Counted from the stretch's first letter, positions 27,747 to 38,226 are shown. The stretch is 64,000 nucleotides of DNA from Bacteroidales bacterium (GCA_022865305.1 JALHSP010000016.1:2812-66811); one strand, 5' to 3'. A program made the numbers and translations. The notes: a model not told the origin generated them from the letters alone.

Positions 27747-28154
27747 TTAATTTATAGTTATCTGTCGTTCCAGATATTTATTACCTGGTTGTTTAATTTT
27801 CAAGATATATGTACCGGGAGTCTGAATGGTCACAGTTGCTTTGTGTCCATTAAGATAAACCATAACTGTTGGACAAACAAAGGCTTTTGCATCAACCTTT
27901 CCCCAAGCTTCAATCATGATCTCATTGTCAGTCAGGGTCTGGTTGAAATTTGAAAAGCTGTAACAGCCATTCCCTCCGATAGTTCCAAAAAAGGTTATGT
28001 CAAATGGAATGCCAGAGGTAATGGTTTTCGGCACCTGGATACTATCAACTTTAATAAGGAACTGATAATAGTCCCGACCACGGTCACAGGAATTCAAATG
28101 GATACAGAACAGAAAAAGCAGTGTAAAACTTACAAATCCGGCAAAAGCTTTCAT
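27747..28154 (-). CDS. Hypothetical lipoprotein
   Basis: Lipobox LNSC; GNGC and VCPTV Cys pair. Confidence 0.65.
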   Translation of the reverse strand: MKAFAGFVSFTLLFLFCIHLNSCDRGRDYYQFLIKVDSIQVPKTITSGIPFDITFFGTIGGNGCYSFSNFNQTLTDNEIMIEAWGKVDAKAFVCPTVMVYLNGHKATVTIQTPGTYILKIKQPGNKYLERQITIN

Positions 28155-28178
28155 AATGTCTGTATTGTGAATCTGTTA

Positions 28179-28493
28179 TTATTTTAAAGTCAGGGATTTT
28201 ATTTCATAATAATCTGGTTTGCCAGTACATTTAATCAACCTGACGCCAGTCTCGATTATCACAGGTACAGGTGAATTTATTTCATAGCCGATTAATGAAA
28301 CATCTGGTAACGAGTCAGCTTTAATAAACTGATCACCAATTTTTATTTGCCAGCCCCAGCAACAAAAGCATTTTTCAGCAACAAATCCGGTTATTTCAGC
28401 ATTAAATGTTGAATTTTCGAATGAGTCTTTTTTTTCACAACCTGTTACAAGAAAGCTGAATGTAATAATGATTGTCAGGATGTAGATTTTCAT
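28179..28493 (-). CDS. Hypothetical lipoprotein
   Basis: Lipobox VTGC; CFCCWGW motif. Confidence 0.65.
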   Translation of the reverse strand: MKIYILTIIITFSFLVTGCEKKDSFENSTFNAEITGFVAEKCFCCWGWQIKIGDQFIKADSLPDVSLIGYEINSPVPVIIETGVRLIKCTGKPDYYEIKSLTLK

Positions 28494-28526
28494 TTTCAGT
28501 AAGTCAGAGCATCAGGGATAATAAAA

Positions 28527-28567
28527 TGGTCCCAAAATTCATACCAATAGCGAGTGTTGGCGGTAAA
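28527..28567. repeat. Half of an attC-like palindromic site
   Basis: cccaaaattcataccaatagcgagtGTTGGCGGTAA; the complementary arm is absent. Confidence 0.3.
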
Positions 28568-28654
28568 AAGTGCTTCCGTCGTTTGGCGCTCAAACATGTG
28601 CTACTCGATCAATTCATTCATGATCCGCTGGTCCTCAGCGGACTATTAATAATA

Positions 28655-30287
28655 TTATTTAAATCCGATTTGCTGAGTATCGGAATTGACAACAGATTCA
28701 ATGAAACTTCGATAAGCAGAGTAATCCGGGACAGGCACATAATTTAAGTAGTATACCATTTTTCTGATTACATTCAACTGATTTCCCTGAACATTAAAAG
28801 TTAAAGTATAATCAGCCTGATTGCAGGAATAATGTACTGATTTAGGAACTTCTGCCAATGTTTTATTTTCCGGAAAAACAACAACAAGATTCTCTGTAAG
28901 TGTATCACACGTATTATATTTCCAGGCTTCAATGGGGTACTTACGTTCTTCCAGTAAAAAGTCAAGATGCAACATTTGTTCGGTCAGCGGCAGTTTCAAC
29001 AGTGTTAAGTTGTTGATTCTGGTAAACACCCTGGGAGCAACAAATGAATAGCTGTACGAAAGCGTATCGGAGCAATCATTGAGAGTTGAATTGAAATTAA
29101 GAGATAAGAGTTTTAAATTAGAATAGGTCCCGGTTAATGATTGTGTGAACTTTTTTTCCTGCTCTTCTTTACCTAAATCCCGATAATTCGATCGTGTATT
29201 ACCTGCCAAATTACCGGTACGTTTTGTGGTAATTGAGTAGGTCATGTCATCTCCACTGAAGCTTACCTTTGATTCTCTGGAAGTATTATTAGGCTGGCGT
29301 GTGGCGGGATTTAATATTTTCGGAATCACCTTTTCAGAATCATTGTTTATATCCAATACTACGAAGTTTCTTAATCGTTTCATAGTCGTCAGGATGGTAA
29401 GCGATATCTAATTTATATTCCTTTATGGCATTATCTTTGTCTCCCTTTTCTTCAAAGACTCTGGCGTAATTTCCATGATAAGGCCCATAATAGGGAGCAA
29501 TTCTTAAACATTCTTCAAGGTATTGTTTTGCAGCATCATAATTACCAGCTTTTAAATAATACAAGCCTAATTCTTTGTAGTAGTAATCATTGAACGGATG
29601 ATATTCTATTAATTGTTTCAGCAAATCAATACCCTCATTGACCTGTCCGGACTGAATATATTCATCAGATAATGTCTTTAAAGCATCTGTGTTGAAATTC
29701 TTCTTTGAAAAGTTTTTCAATATGTTAAGAGCTGCTTTTTGATTTTGCTTATATTCCTTTTCAAATCCACTTGCTGAAATATTCTCAAAATCACCAACAA
29801 TCTGCCATTCCATGACAGCCCCGATTTTTGACAGAAATTCTTTTGATTTCTTAATATTATAAATTGCTTCATAGTGTTTACCAGTAGCCTCACATACATA
29901 GGCTCTTAAAGTAGGATTGAGATCTGTTCTTTTTTGCAATTCCAGTAACCAGTTTAATTGAGACTCTGTTTTCAAACTTGCATATCCAAGAACACTTTTG
30001 TGGTGAAATAGCGCAATTGTATAAGCATCTTTATCAGGGGAGTTTTTATAAAAATCGAGAAAATAATTGAAAGAGATAGCTTCCTCTTTATCTACAGTTG
30101 ACATCAACGAAAGCATAAGAAAAGCTTCAGCTTTAGTATCCGGAACCTGCGATGCAGCAATAAAATGATTATATGCTTGTTTAATGTCATTATTAATGAA
30201 TGATTTATAACCTTCAGAAAGTTCATCAGCAAAGACTTGTGAAATAAATATAAAGATGAAAGTTGTCAATACGATCAGCTTTTGCAT
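28655..30287 (-). pseudogene. TPR / DUF3857-DUF3858 (transglutaminase-type) large protein with two internal deletions
   Basis: Signal peptide + WQIVGDFENISASGF, abrupt jump to TPRs (~29755), out-of-frame jump (~29360) to a DUF3858-like C-terminus; DUF3857 and TGase core missing. Confidence 0.7.
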
Positions 30288-30440
30288 AGTATAAATTTTA
30301 AAATTGTCATTAAAAATAATAAAATATTTAACCTAAGCTTGAAATTGATGTTGTAAGTATTCAAAATAGATGCAGCCTCCGGCCGACGAAGACAGTGGGA
30401 AGTTTATTTACTTTATAATCCGTATCAGGTGCTATTTTTA

Positions 30441-30685
30441 TTATTTAAACAAATCTCCATTGAGATATTTCAATCCCGAATCACAAATAATTGTAACGAT
30501 TTTCTTGCCTGATCCGATAATTCTTGCTCTTTGAATTGCTGCCCACACATTTGCTCCGGACGTGGTCCCTCCGAATATTCCTTCCAGTCTTGCCAGTTTT
30601 CTTGCAGTTTCACAGGTGTCTTCATCTGATACAGCCATTATTTCGTCTGCCAGATCCAGCCTGTACGCTCCATTCCCCTGTAATA
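30441..30685 (-). pseudogene. cysK: C-terminal remnant of cysteine synthase
   Basis: LQGNGA...DLADEIMAVSDED...ARKLARLEGIFGGTTSGANVWAA...IVTIICDSGLKYL; no N-terminal PLP-lysine region. Confidence 0.8.
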
Positions 30686-30703
30686 TTTATAATCCGGGCG
30701 TTT

Positions 30704-33160
30704 TTATTCTCTCGACAAAGTATTTATCGGATTTACATTCGCTGCTTTTATCGAAAGAGAACTTATTGTAATGAGAGCAATGGTCAGTGTTATCAATAGT
30801 GAAATAACAAACGGTACTACGGTAGACCATACAAATGGTGATAATCCGAAATTCATCCGGTAAGCAAAACTCATAATCCACCGGTCCATCAGGTAATACG
30901 CTACAGGCCATGAGATCAGATTAGAGATCAGGACAAGAATAATGAAATCCTTATTAAGCAACCATACCACCTGGTCAACACGTGCTCCCATTATCTTACG
31001 CAGACCGGTCTCTTTTGAGCGCTGTTCCGTGACATATGATGTAAGTCCCAGCAATCCCAGACATGCGATAAAGATAGTCATAAGAGAAAAGATATTAAAC
31101 AGTGCATTGAGCTTATTTTCAGCAGTGTACATTTCATCCAGCTTATCTGCAAAAAAGAAATAGTTGAATGGCAGTGTATTTCCCAGATCCTGCTGTACTT
31201 TTTTCACATTTTCTATTGTCGCAGGAATGTTGTTACTGCTTATCCTTATATAAAAATATGTATTTGGATTCCTGGTCACGATAAAAATGAAGGGTTCAAT
31301 AGCATTATGTATGGAAGTGAAATGAAAGTCCTTCACCACACCAATAACAGCTCCATCTCTCTGAGCGGTTCCTGTAGCGGGATCAATTCCAAATTTGATC
31401 CTTTTTCCGAGTGCATTATTACCCCATCCGAATGCTTTTACGGCTGCCTCATTGACAATAAAAGCCTGGTTCAGATCAGAGGTCCTCGACCTCTCGAAAT
31501 TTCTGCCTTCAAGGATCTTCATCTGCATAACATCAATGAATTCATGGTCTACAACTGAAAAGCTTATTGCCAGTTCCACCATGCTGCTGTCCTTTTCAAT
31601 CAGAAATACGACTTTGCTGGCCATTAACGGAGGGACAAGAGCTGATGAGGATACGCCCTTAATATCGGGGAGCTTTAACAGCTCTTCTTTAAACGACTGC
31701 AGTTTATTATTGATGAATGCTGTATCCCTGATCGGTATGATCATGACATTTTCCTTATTCAAACCAAGATCCTTATTTCTGATAAACCTTTGCTGACCCG
31801 AAACTATCATAGTACCGATTATTAATATACCTGAGATTGCAAACTGGAAAACCACCAGAATTTTTCTCAGCAGTCCTTTCCCCTGGCGGGGATTCACATT
31901 ACTTTTAAGAACATCAACCGGTGAAAAAGAGGAGAGATAAAAGGCAGGATAGCTACCTGAAATAAGTCCGACAAATAGGGTGATCAGTATTATTAAAATA
32001 AAAGTAACCGGTTCAAACAGGTTCCCTATTTTTAATGCTTTGTCGGTTAAAGCATTAAAAGAAGGCAGGATAAATACGGTAGCGATCAATGCTATTATTA
32101 AAGCTATTATTACCAGTACCATTGATTCGCTGATGAATTGTCTGATCAGAGTTCCTTTTCCTGCGCCTATAACTTTCCTTAATCCGACCTCCTTGGAACG
32201 ATTAGTAGATCGGGCCGTAGCCATATTCATGTAATTAAGACTGGCAATCAGAAGCATAAAAACACCGACCAGCGAGAATATTACAATATAGCTGAAGTTA
32301 CCGACAGGAAGGTCAAATTCCAGCTTTGAACTGAAATGGACCTTATCTATCCTGGTGGCTTTGAGCTGGAAAGTTGCATTTATCTGTTTCCCCAGGGAGC
32401 TCATGTACTTTTCATAAAAACCGGGAAACTTGGCAAGAAGATCTTCAATTTTCGCATTGTCCTCCAGAACAATATAACCGAAAGCAGAAATATTCCAGTA
32501 TGCAGGTGCACTCCTGGAATTGAAGTTGTCGACACCTACAAGCTCAACAATTGTTGCCATCGAAAGCAGACAATCGAAACGAAGGTGTGAATTGGCCGGC
32601 ACATCCTTAATGACTCCTGTGACGCGGCAATTTCCGAAATTACTTGTGATTAAAACTTCACCCAACGGATTTTCCTTTCCAAAATACCTGGAAGCGAAAC
32701 TTTCGGTTATAACAATTGTATTGGGTTCATTCAGAGCGTTATCGTGAGATCCCAAAATAAAGTTATAGTCAAAAACCTTAAATACCGTTGAATCGGCAAA
32801 GTATATTTTGTCTTCAAAGAACTTGAGATCTTTGTACTGGAAGAGTATATCCTGGATCCCAAAACCCGCAAACCTGGTGAATTCCTTAATCTCAGGATAT
32901 TCATCTTTCAGAGTTGGAGCCATCGGCATAGGGACCAGAGCTGCCAGGGTGGCTTTACCGGAAATATTAAAATCACTCTCCAGCCGGTATATGCGATCAT
33001 AATTTTTGTTATGCTTGTCAAATGTGAGTTCTTCCTGTACATATAATAAGATCAGTATTGCGCAGGTTATACCGATTGCAGGTCCGAATATATTCAGGAC
33101 AGAATAGAATTTATTCTTTTTAATACTCCTGTAAGCTGAAATAAAGTAATTCTTAAGCAT
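30704..33160 (-). CDS. MacB/FtsX-type ABC transporter permease (duplicated Bacteroidota type)
   Basis: FYSVLNIFGPAIG, LNYMNMATARSTNRSKEVGLRKVIGA, LVVFQFAIS, EQRSKETGLRKIMGA, NPINTLSRE. Confidence 0.93.
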   Translation of the reverse strand: MLKNYFISAYRSIKKNKFYSVLNIFGPAIGITCAILILLYVQEELTFDKHNKNYDRIYRLESDFNISGKATLAALVPMPMAPTLKDEYPEIKEFTRFAGFGIQDILFQYKDLKFFEDKIYFADSTVFKVFDYNFILGSHDNALNEPNTIVITESFASRYFGKENPLGEVLITSNFGNCRVTGVIKDVPANSHLRFDCLLSMATIVELVGVDNFNSRSAPAYWNISAFGYIVLEDNAKIEDLLAKFPGFYEKYMSSLGKQINATFQLKATRIDKVHFSSKLEFDLPVGNFSYIVIFSLVGVFMLLIASLNYMNMATARSTNRSKEVGLRKVIGAGKGTLIRQFISESMVLVIIALIIALIATVFILPSFNALTDKALKIGNLFEPVTFILIILITLFVGLISGSYPAFYLSSFSPVDVLKSNVNPRQGKGLLRKILVVFQFAISGILIIGTMIVSGQQRFIRNKDLGLNKENVMIIPIRDTAFINNKLQSFKEELLKLPDIKGVSSSALVPPLMASKVVFLIEKDSSMVELAISFSVVDHEFIDVMQMKILEGRNFERSRTSDLNQAFIVNEAAVKAFGWGNNALGKRIKFGIDPATGTAQRDGAVIGVVKDFHFTSIHNAIEPFIFIVTRNPNTYFYIRISSNNIPATIENVKKVQQDLGNTLPFNYFFFADKLDEMYTAENKLNALFNIFSLMTIFIACLGLLGLTSYVTEQRSKETGLRKIMGARVDQVVWLLNKDFIILVLISNLISWPVAYYLMDRWIMSFAYRMNFGLSPFVWSTVVPFVISLLITLTIALITISSLSIKAANVNPINTLSRE

Positions 33161-33236
33161 GGTTTTGTTATTGATGACAATTACACGGTTTTATGAAAAA
33201 CTAATTTACGAAAAAACATTTATATGGAGTATGTTG

Positions 33237-33271
33237 AAAGACAAAAGACAAAAGGAAAAAGGAAAAAGACA
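33237..33271. repeat. Heptamer tandem repeat (AAAGACA/AAAGGAA) x5
   Basis: aaagaca aaagaca aaaggaa aaaggaa aaagaca. Confidence 0.85.
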
Positions 33272-33282
33272 TGCAAGACGTT

Positions 33283-33337
33283 AAGGGCGGGCTATCATGG
33301 AAGTAAGCGTGTTGAGTTACAGGTGCTTCGCCCCTGC
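33283..33337. repeat. Degenerate REP-like GC-rich hairpin
   Basis: AAGGGCGGGC...TGCTTCGCCCCTGC, resembling GTAGGGGCGAAGCA-type REP arms. Confidence 0.3.
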
Positions 33338-33352
33338 CCCGCCGTCCGCGTG

Positions 33353-35507
33353 TCACTGGACGATATCCGGTTCAATGCCCTCATTCTCAACAACCCAGTC
33401 GCCATTTTCGTTATATATTCTATAATCGGGAGAAGTTAATCCGCTACCGTCCAATAGTTCAAGAAACATGGAAACTCCAACAAGTCCTCCCCAGGTACGT
33501 GTTCCGATAACAGGACCCATTTTATTCCATTTAAATTCATAAGGTAATTCATCACCACCGGAACCTGCATAACGGTTAGTCAGGCATGCCATATGAGCCG
33601 TCACTGCTAAAAATGGAATAGCCTGATCTTCGGAATAACGACGTGTCCAATATCCATGGGGCTTTTCAAGCAGGCGCTGGAAAAAAATCTCAGGATCGAG
33701 TCCGCCTCCGTTAAACCTGCCATCTATAATTAAACCTTTCTTCTTGGTCTGAGAATAGAAATATTTAGGAAAGTCTATCGCTGATCCCTCGTATGTATCA
33801 GGCAGATATATGTACCCAATCTGCCCGTTTGAGGCTTTATTATTCACCAGCAGTTTTACCTGTTTCCCGGCCAGATCAATAAAATAGCTGTATATGTTTT
33901 TGTCAGCTGTTACTTTTTTACCATCAATCGCTAAAAGGTAATCACCATTGTTAATATTCAAACCTGGTTTTGCCAAAGGCGGATAAGTCTCACGTGACCA
34001 GTCAGGAACCCGATAGATCTTTTTAAATCACCGTTTTTTCTTCGCGACTTTCAAACGAATAACTATAGAGTGTTCTTGGGCCCAGCTCCCTGTAATCCAT
34101 TCTGTTATAATCGCCATCCTCACTGTTCAGATAAAATATATTGGATTCATTCACGGCTAAATCCCTGTAATTTCCGGCGGGAAGAGGCAATGCCTCAATA
34201 CGTCGTTCAAGTCCTTCAAAATCAATTCGAAAAGCGGATGCCTGTTTAGCGGATTTGTTTTGTCCCTTTTCAATATCATTTTTGAAAGGAAGTATTGATT
34301 CACCATCTTTTTTAAGAGTTAAAGCATAAATTCCGGCTACATCTTTATAAACCATTTCCCATTCTATATCGCAAAAAGTCGGATTAAACCTTCTGTCAGA
34401 AACAAAAAGCAAATGCTCCCCGTCTTTAGTGAAAACAGGATTGAAGTCATAAAATAAACCATCGCTTACCGGATAAACTTTTTTATTCTCTAATGAATAA
34501 ATATAAATCTGGTAAACATTATCCTTATTCATTTTGGAGTATGCCAGGTATTTACTGTCGGGCGACCAGCTGTAGTCATAAATAGCTTTATGATAAAGCG
34601 ATTCGTCCACATTTTCATATTTTGCCTGATCTACTTCGGTAACTTGTTTGCTGTTTACATCCAGGATATAACAGCGTAAAGTCTGATCGGCAAAAACAAT
34701 TTTTTGCCCGTTGTTCGACCATACAGCATCTTTATCCCGTGCACCGCAATTATCGCTTAAATTTTGTGTAATCCCGCTGCTTTTCGGAACAGAAAATACT
34801 TCGCCTCTTGCAACAACAAGTGCCCGTATGCCCGAAGGTGAAATATCAAAACCCTGTATATTATCAACAAGATTCTTAATGTAAGGACGGGTTTCAGGGG
34901 CATCGGTATTTATCTTTATATTTATTTCGCTGCTTTTTTTAGTATTGATGTCAAGCAGCCAAATTTTTCCACCCTTTTCATATACTATTTTATCTTTGCG
35001 TGCCGATGATCTGAGAACATCATAGTCATTATGACTGGTTACCTGAGTGATTTCTTTGCTATCGGTATTGTATGCATAAATATTAAGATACCTGTCACGA
35101 TCGGAAACGAAATAAACAGTATTACCAATCCACATGGGCATCCTGTCGGTTCCCTTGAAATCCGAGATGTTTTCTTCGACGTTGTTCTCAAAATTATAGA
35201 TATAGATTTCCTGGGCGAGTCCACCTGTATATCTTTTCCACGTACGATTTTCGGTCCCAACTTTATTATAAGCAATCATTTTACCATCAGGTGAAAACTT
35301 TGGATAACGTTCCTGCCCATCATGAATAGTAAGACGCCTCGCATCACCACCTTCGAGGGGTGCAGTCCAGATATCTTCTCCGGAAGTAAACACAACGGAA
35401 TTTTCAGAGATATCCGGAAAACGCATGAATTGCTGTGCATTAAGTTTGAGGTTTCCTGTCAATAATAAAGCCAGGATAACAACGCTGATTTTATGGAAAG
35501 TTCTCAT
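33353..35507 (-). pseudogene. Tricorn-like S41 protease with four internal deletions and C-terminal truncation
   Basis: RFPDIS...FSPDGK, RTWKRYTGG, WSPDSKYLAY, PDZ GDYLLAIDG, IIDGRFNGGG, AGSGGD, GTRTWGG, EGIEPDI; expected intervening segments missing; stop at 34023-34025. Confidence 0.85.
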
Positions 35508-35610
35508 TTTGAATAGATATTAAGAATTGGTTATACTGAAACGAAGTTATGGTATTAGAATACGCTGCTAAAATCAACAATTTAAACAGAATAAGAATGC
35601 TGCAAAAGAC

Positions 35611-36111
35611 TTAAAAACAAATCCCAAGGCTTAAATACATAAATTCAGGCCATCCGATACCTGTCCGAAAAACTAATAGCCCTCCAGGTTTTTGAAAACG
35701 AAAACCCAGATTTCCGGCAAGATGGCTGTCATTTACCAGGGGATGAAACCTCTTCTCATCTGAATCGTAAGTAAATAATACGCCAGAGCCAATTTCCAGG
35801 TGAGCACTTCTTCTGCCCATAAGCACCGATAAAGTGGAAACATAGTTCATCCCGTCAGCTGTCCACCATGCCCATGGTCCTGCTCCAATCCTTAACCAGA
35901 AGGACTGTACAAATGAGTTGGGAAGTTGAAAAACCATACGTTCATAATTTCCCAATAGGGTACCATAGGATTCTTCGATATAAACTCCGAGAGTACCGTA
36001 AATTACATTTTTCTTAATTCCGATGGGATTTATTTCTGATTTTTTTTCCTGGCTAAAACCTATGTTCATAAAAAAAATAAAGCATAAGATGAACAGCATT
36101 TTAAGTTTCAT
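35611..36111 (-). CDS. Hypothetical secreted/outer-membrane protein
   Basis: Signal peptide; NYERM, HLEIGSG, GFRFQKPGG.LVFRTGIG, C-terminal LGICF; TAACTTTG promoter box upstream. Confidence 0.7.
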   Translation of the reverse strand: MKLKMLFILCFIFFMNIGFSQEKKSEINPIGIKKNVIYGTLGVYIEESYGTLLGNYERMVFQLPNSFVQSFWLRIGAGPWAWWTADGMNYVSTLSVLMGRRSAHLEIGSGVLFTYDSDEKRFHPLVNDSHLAGNLGFRFQKPGGLLVFRTGIGWPEFMYLSLGICF

Positions 36112-36372
36112 AAAATCAGGAAATGGTTTCTACTTATATCAAAGTTAAGAAAGATAATTAAGGATGTAATTTATTGTATCAAAACTTTTTCAATTTAAAC
36201 AATTATTTCGTGCTGCACCACTGCTTGTGCCTGACGGGTTGAACTTCGCGCCATTTCCAGATTGCCCCCGCGCTGTTGTTTATTAAATTCATTTTACCAT
36301 TTTATCATTAAAAATTTAGAAGGATTCTTTATTTTTAAATTATACTTTATAAACTGGTTGAAACAATACAAA

Positions 36373-36590
36373 TCGCCGTAAGGCGAGCCATGCCACCAAA
36401 TCTTTTTTGGAAAAAGAGTAACATTTTGGAGGCTGCGAAGGGTATGGCCTCAGTAAGCAATACTGTTTGAGGAGGACGAAGGACGACGAGTTGTATTGTG
36501 TGGGCAGCCGACAAAATGGCACTCCCAAAAAAGATTTGAGGCTGCCTTTTTCTTTGGTTCATTTCTTTTGGGCAAGCAAAAGAAATGAAC
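36373..36590 (+). ncRNA. Highly structured non-coding element of unknown class
   Basis: TCGCC-GTAA-GGCGA hairpin; 14-bp long-range stem 36397-36410/36525-36538 with nested helices; terminal 14-bp hairpin 36557-36590. Confidence 0.45.
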
Positions 36591-36769
36591 AATATTCTTC
36601 AGGCAAACAAATTTCCGACATTGAAGGTGTCATGGTACGTTGGTAATTAATTAGCAGGTAGAATTTTTTTTTTCAGAAGTCAATGTTTTAAAAACTGTAA
36701 CACTAATTGATCAAGATTTTGACTTTCTTTTGAAGTAAACACAGCAGGAGTTAGAGAAGTGGATGAAGG

Positions 36770-36872
36770 AACAATTACCTGATGTATTGCCAAATAAGCG
36801 TTTTTCAGAGGTTTTTCGAATTAAACGTGTCTTAGAGAGCTTATTGCATGTACCAGTGAGTTAGCTGTTGGG
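36770..36872 (+). repeat. Degenerate attC-like imperfect palindrome
   Basis: tgtattgccaaataagc...gcttattgcatgtac, then GTTAGCTG. Confidence 0.3.
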
Positions 36873-36951
36873 CAAATTTTATTTTTGTATTGGTATAACA
36901 ACATTTTTTACTTTAGCCGCCTGTCTCGTCGAGTGGCAGGGACGGGCTGGA

Positions 36952-37009
36952 AACCACTTTTGCTACCATAGGAATGAGCAAGGGTTTTGTGTGGGTAGCA
37001 AAAGTGGTT
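36952..37009. repeat. Perfect 16-bp inverted repeat with 26-nt spacer
   Basis: aaccacttttgctacc / ggtagcaaaagtggtt. Confidence 0.85.
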
Positions 37010-37041
37010 GACAGCAAAGGAGAAGTCTGTTTTTAATTTCT

Positions 37042-37761
37042 TTACACTTTATTTTTTTTAGACCTAAGAAATCTAATTTTTCGATTTAAAAATTTAATTG
37101 TTTGCTTGTTTCTAGTTTCTTTGGCAATGGCTAGGGATTTATTATACATCTCTTCGCTAGCATCCAGATCTCCTTTGGTCTTAAAAACATTTCCTAGGTT
37201 CTCGTATTGAATTGCCATTCCATCAAGATTGCCAATTTTTTCTTCTGTCGATAGGGACTTATAATACATTTCTTGAGCACCTTCCAAATCACCTTTTTTT
37301 AGTAAAACGTCTCCAACATTTCTATATTGAGTCGCCATTCCCTCAAGACGTCCGATCTTTTCTTCTATCTCCAATGCTATTCTGAACATTTTTTCAGCGG
37401 CCTCAATATCCCCTCTTGAGTTTATAACTATTCCGAGATTTCCATATTGACTGGCAATTCCATAAAGACGACCAAGTTTTTCCTCAAGCTCTAAGGACTT
37501 TTTATACATCTCTTCTGCATTCTCCAAATCTCCATTTAAACTTGAAACATTTCCAAGATTCGCATAATCAGAAGCCATTCCTTCAAGATGCCCTAAGTTC
37601 TCTTCTATAACAAGTGACTTATTAAACATTTCTTCCGCATCATTCCACTTTCCTCTAGCCTCAAAAATGTTTCCAAGATTTCCATAATTTGCTGCCATTC
37701 CTTCAAGATTTCCCAGCTTTTTATCTATCTCTAAGGACTTTCTTACCATATCTTCGACCAC
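37042..37761 (-). pseudogene. 5'-truncated TPR protein made of ~40-aa repeats
   Basis: About six copies of KSLxIEEKLGxLEGMAxxYxNLGxV...GDLxxAEEM; 120-bp DNA periodicity; starts mid-repeat. Confidence 0.7.
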
Positions 37762-38226
37762 GTTCTCTTTCTCCTTCTTAAGGAATAAAAATATGTGATT
37801 CCGAATAGGATTACGAAAATAGCACCAATCCTAAAACCCCAATCTATTAATGAAATACAAACACCGGGGAATCTCCTTTAATATTATTATAGGAAGTCGG
37901 ACGATGAGAACAAAATATAGATCCTTGGTTACATCTTTTCAGAAAAACTCATTCTAGAGAAATGTTCAGAGCAAGTGGATCAGAGCCCAGTGTGCTTGAG
38001 TTTAAGAGCGGGAGTGAGGAAAACAGAACTAGAGTCAAATGTAATTTTGTCTGTCCGAAAATAGAGAGAATTTCAGAATACTTGATTTTCCTCTTTGTTT
38101 CATTCCAAATCACAATAATCAATCCACCTGGATCTTTAACAGCTTTTGTTTTTCTATACCATTTTGCAGTTATATTTGTTGCTATTCCTGAAGGAAAATT
38201 CAATTATAAATTAAACGTTTCACAAG

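Noticed and set aside
33224-33439. 71-aa plus-strand ORF
   Set aside because: It is a translation of the heptamer array, REP-like hairpin and the antisense of tricorn
36340-36592. ORFs MFISFACPKEMNQRK... and MGVPFCRLP...
   Set aside because: They coincide with the palindromic non-coding element and are best treated as shadow ORFs
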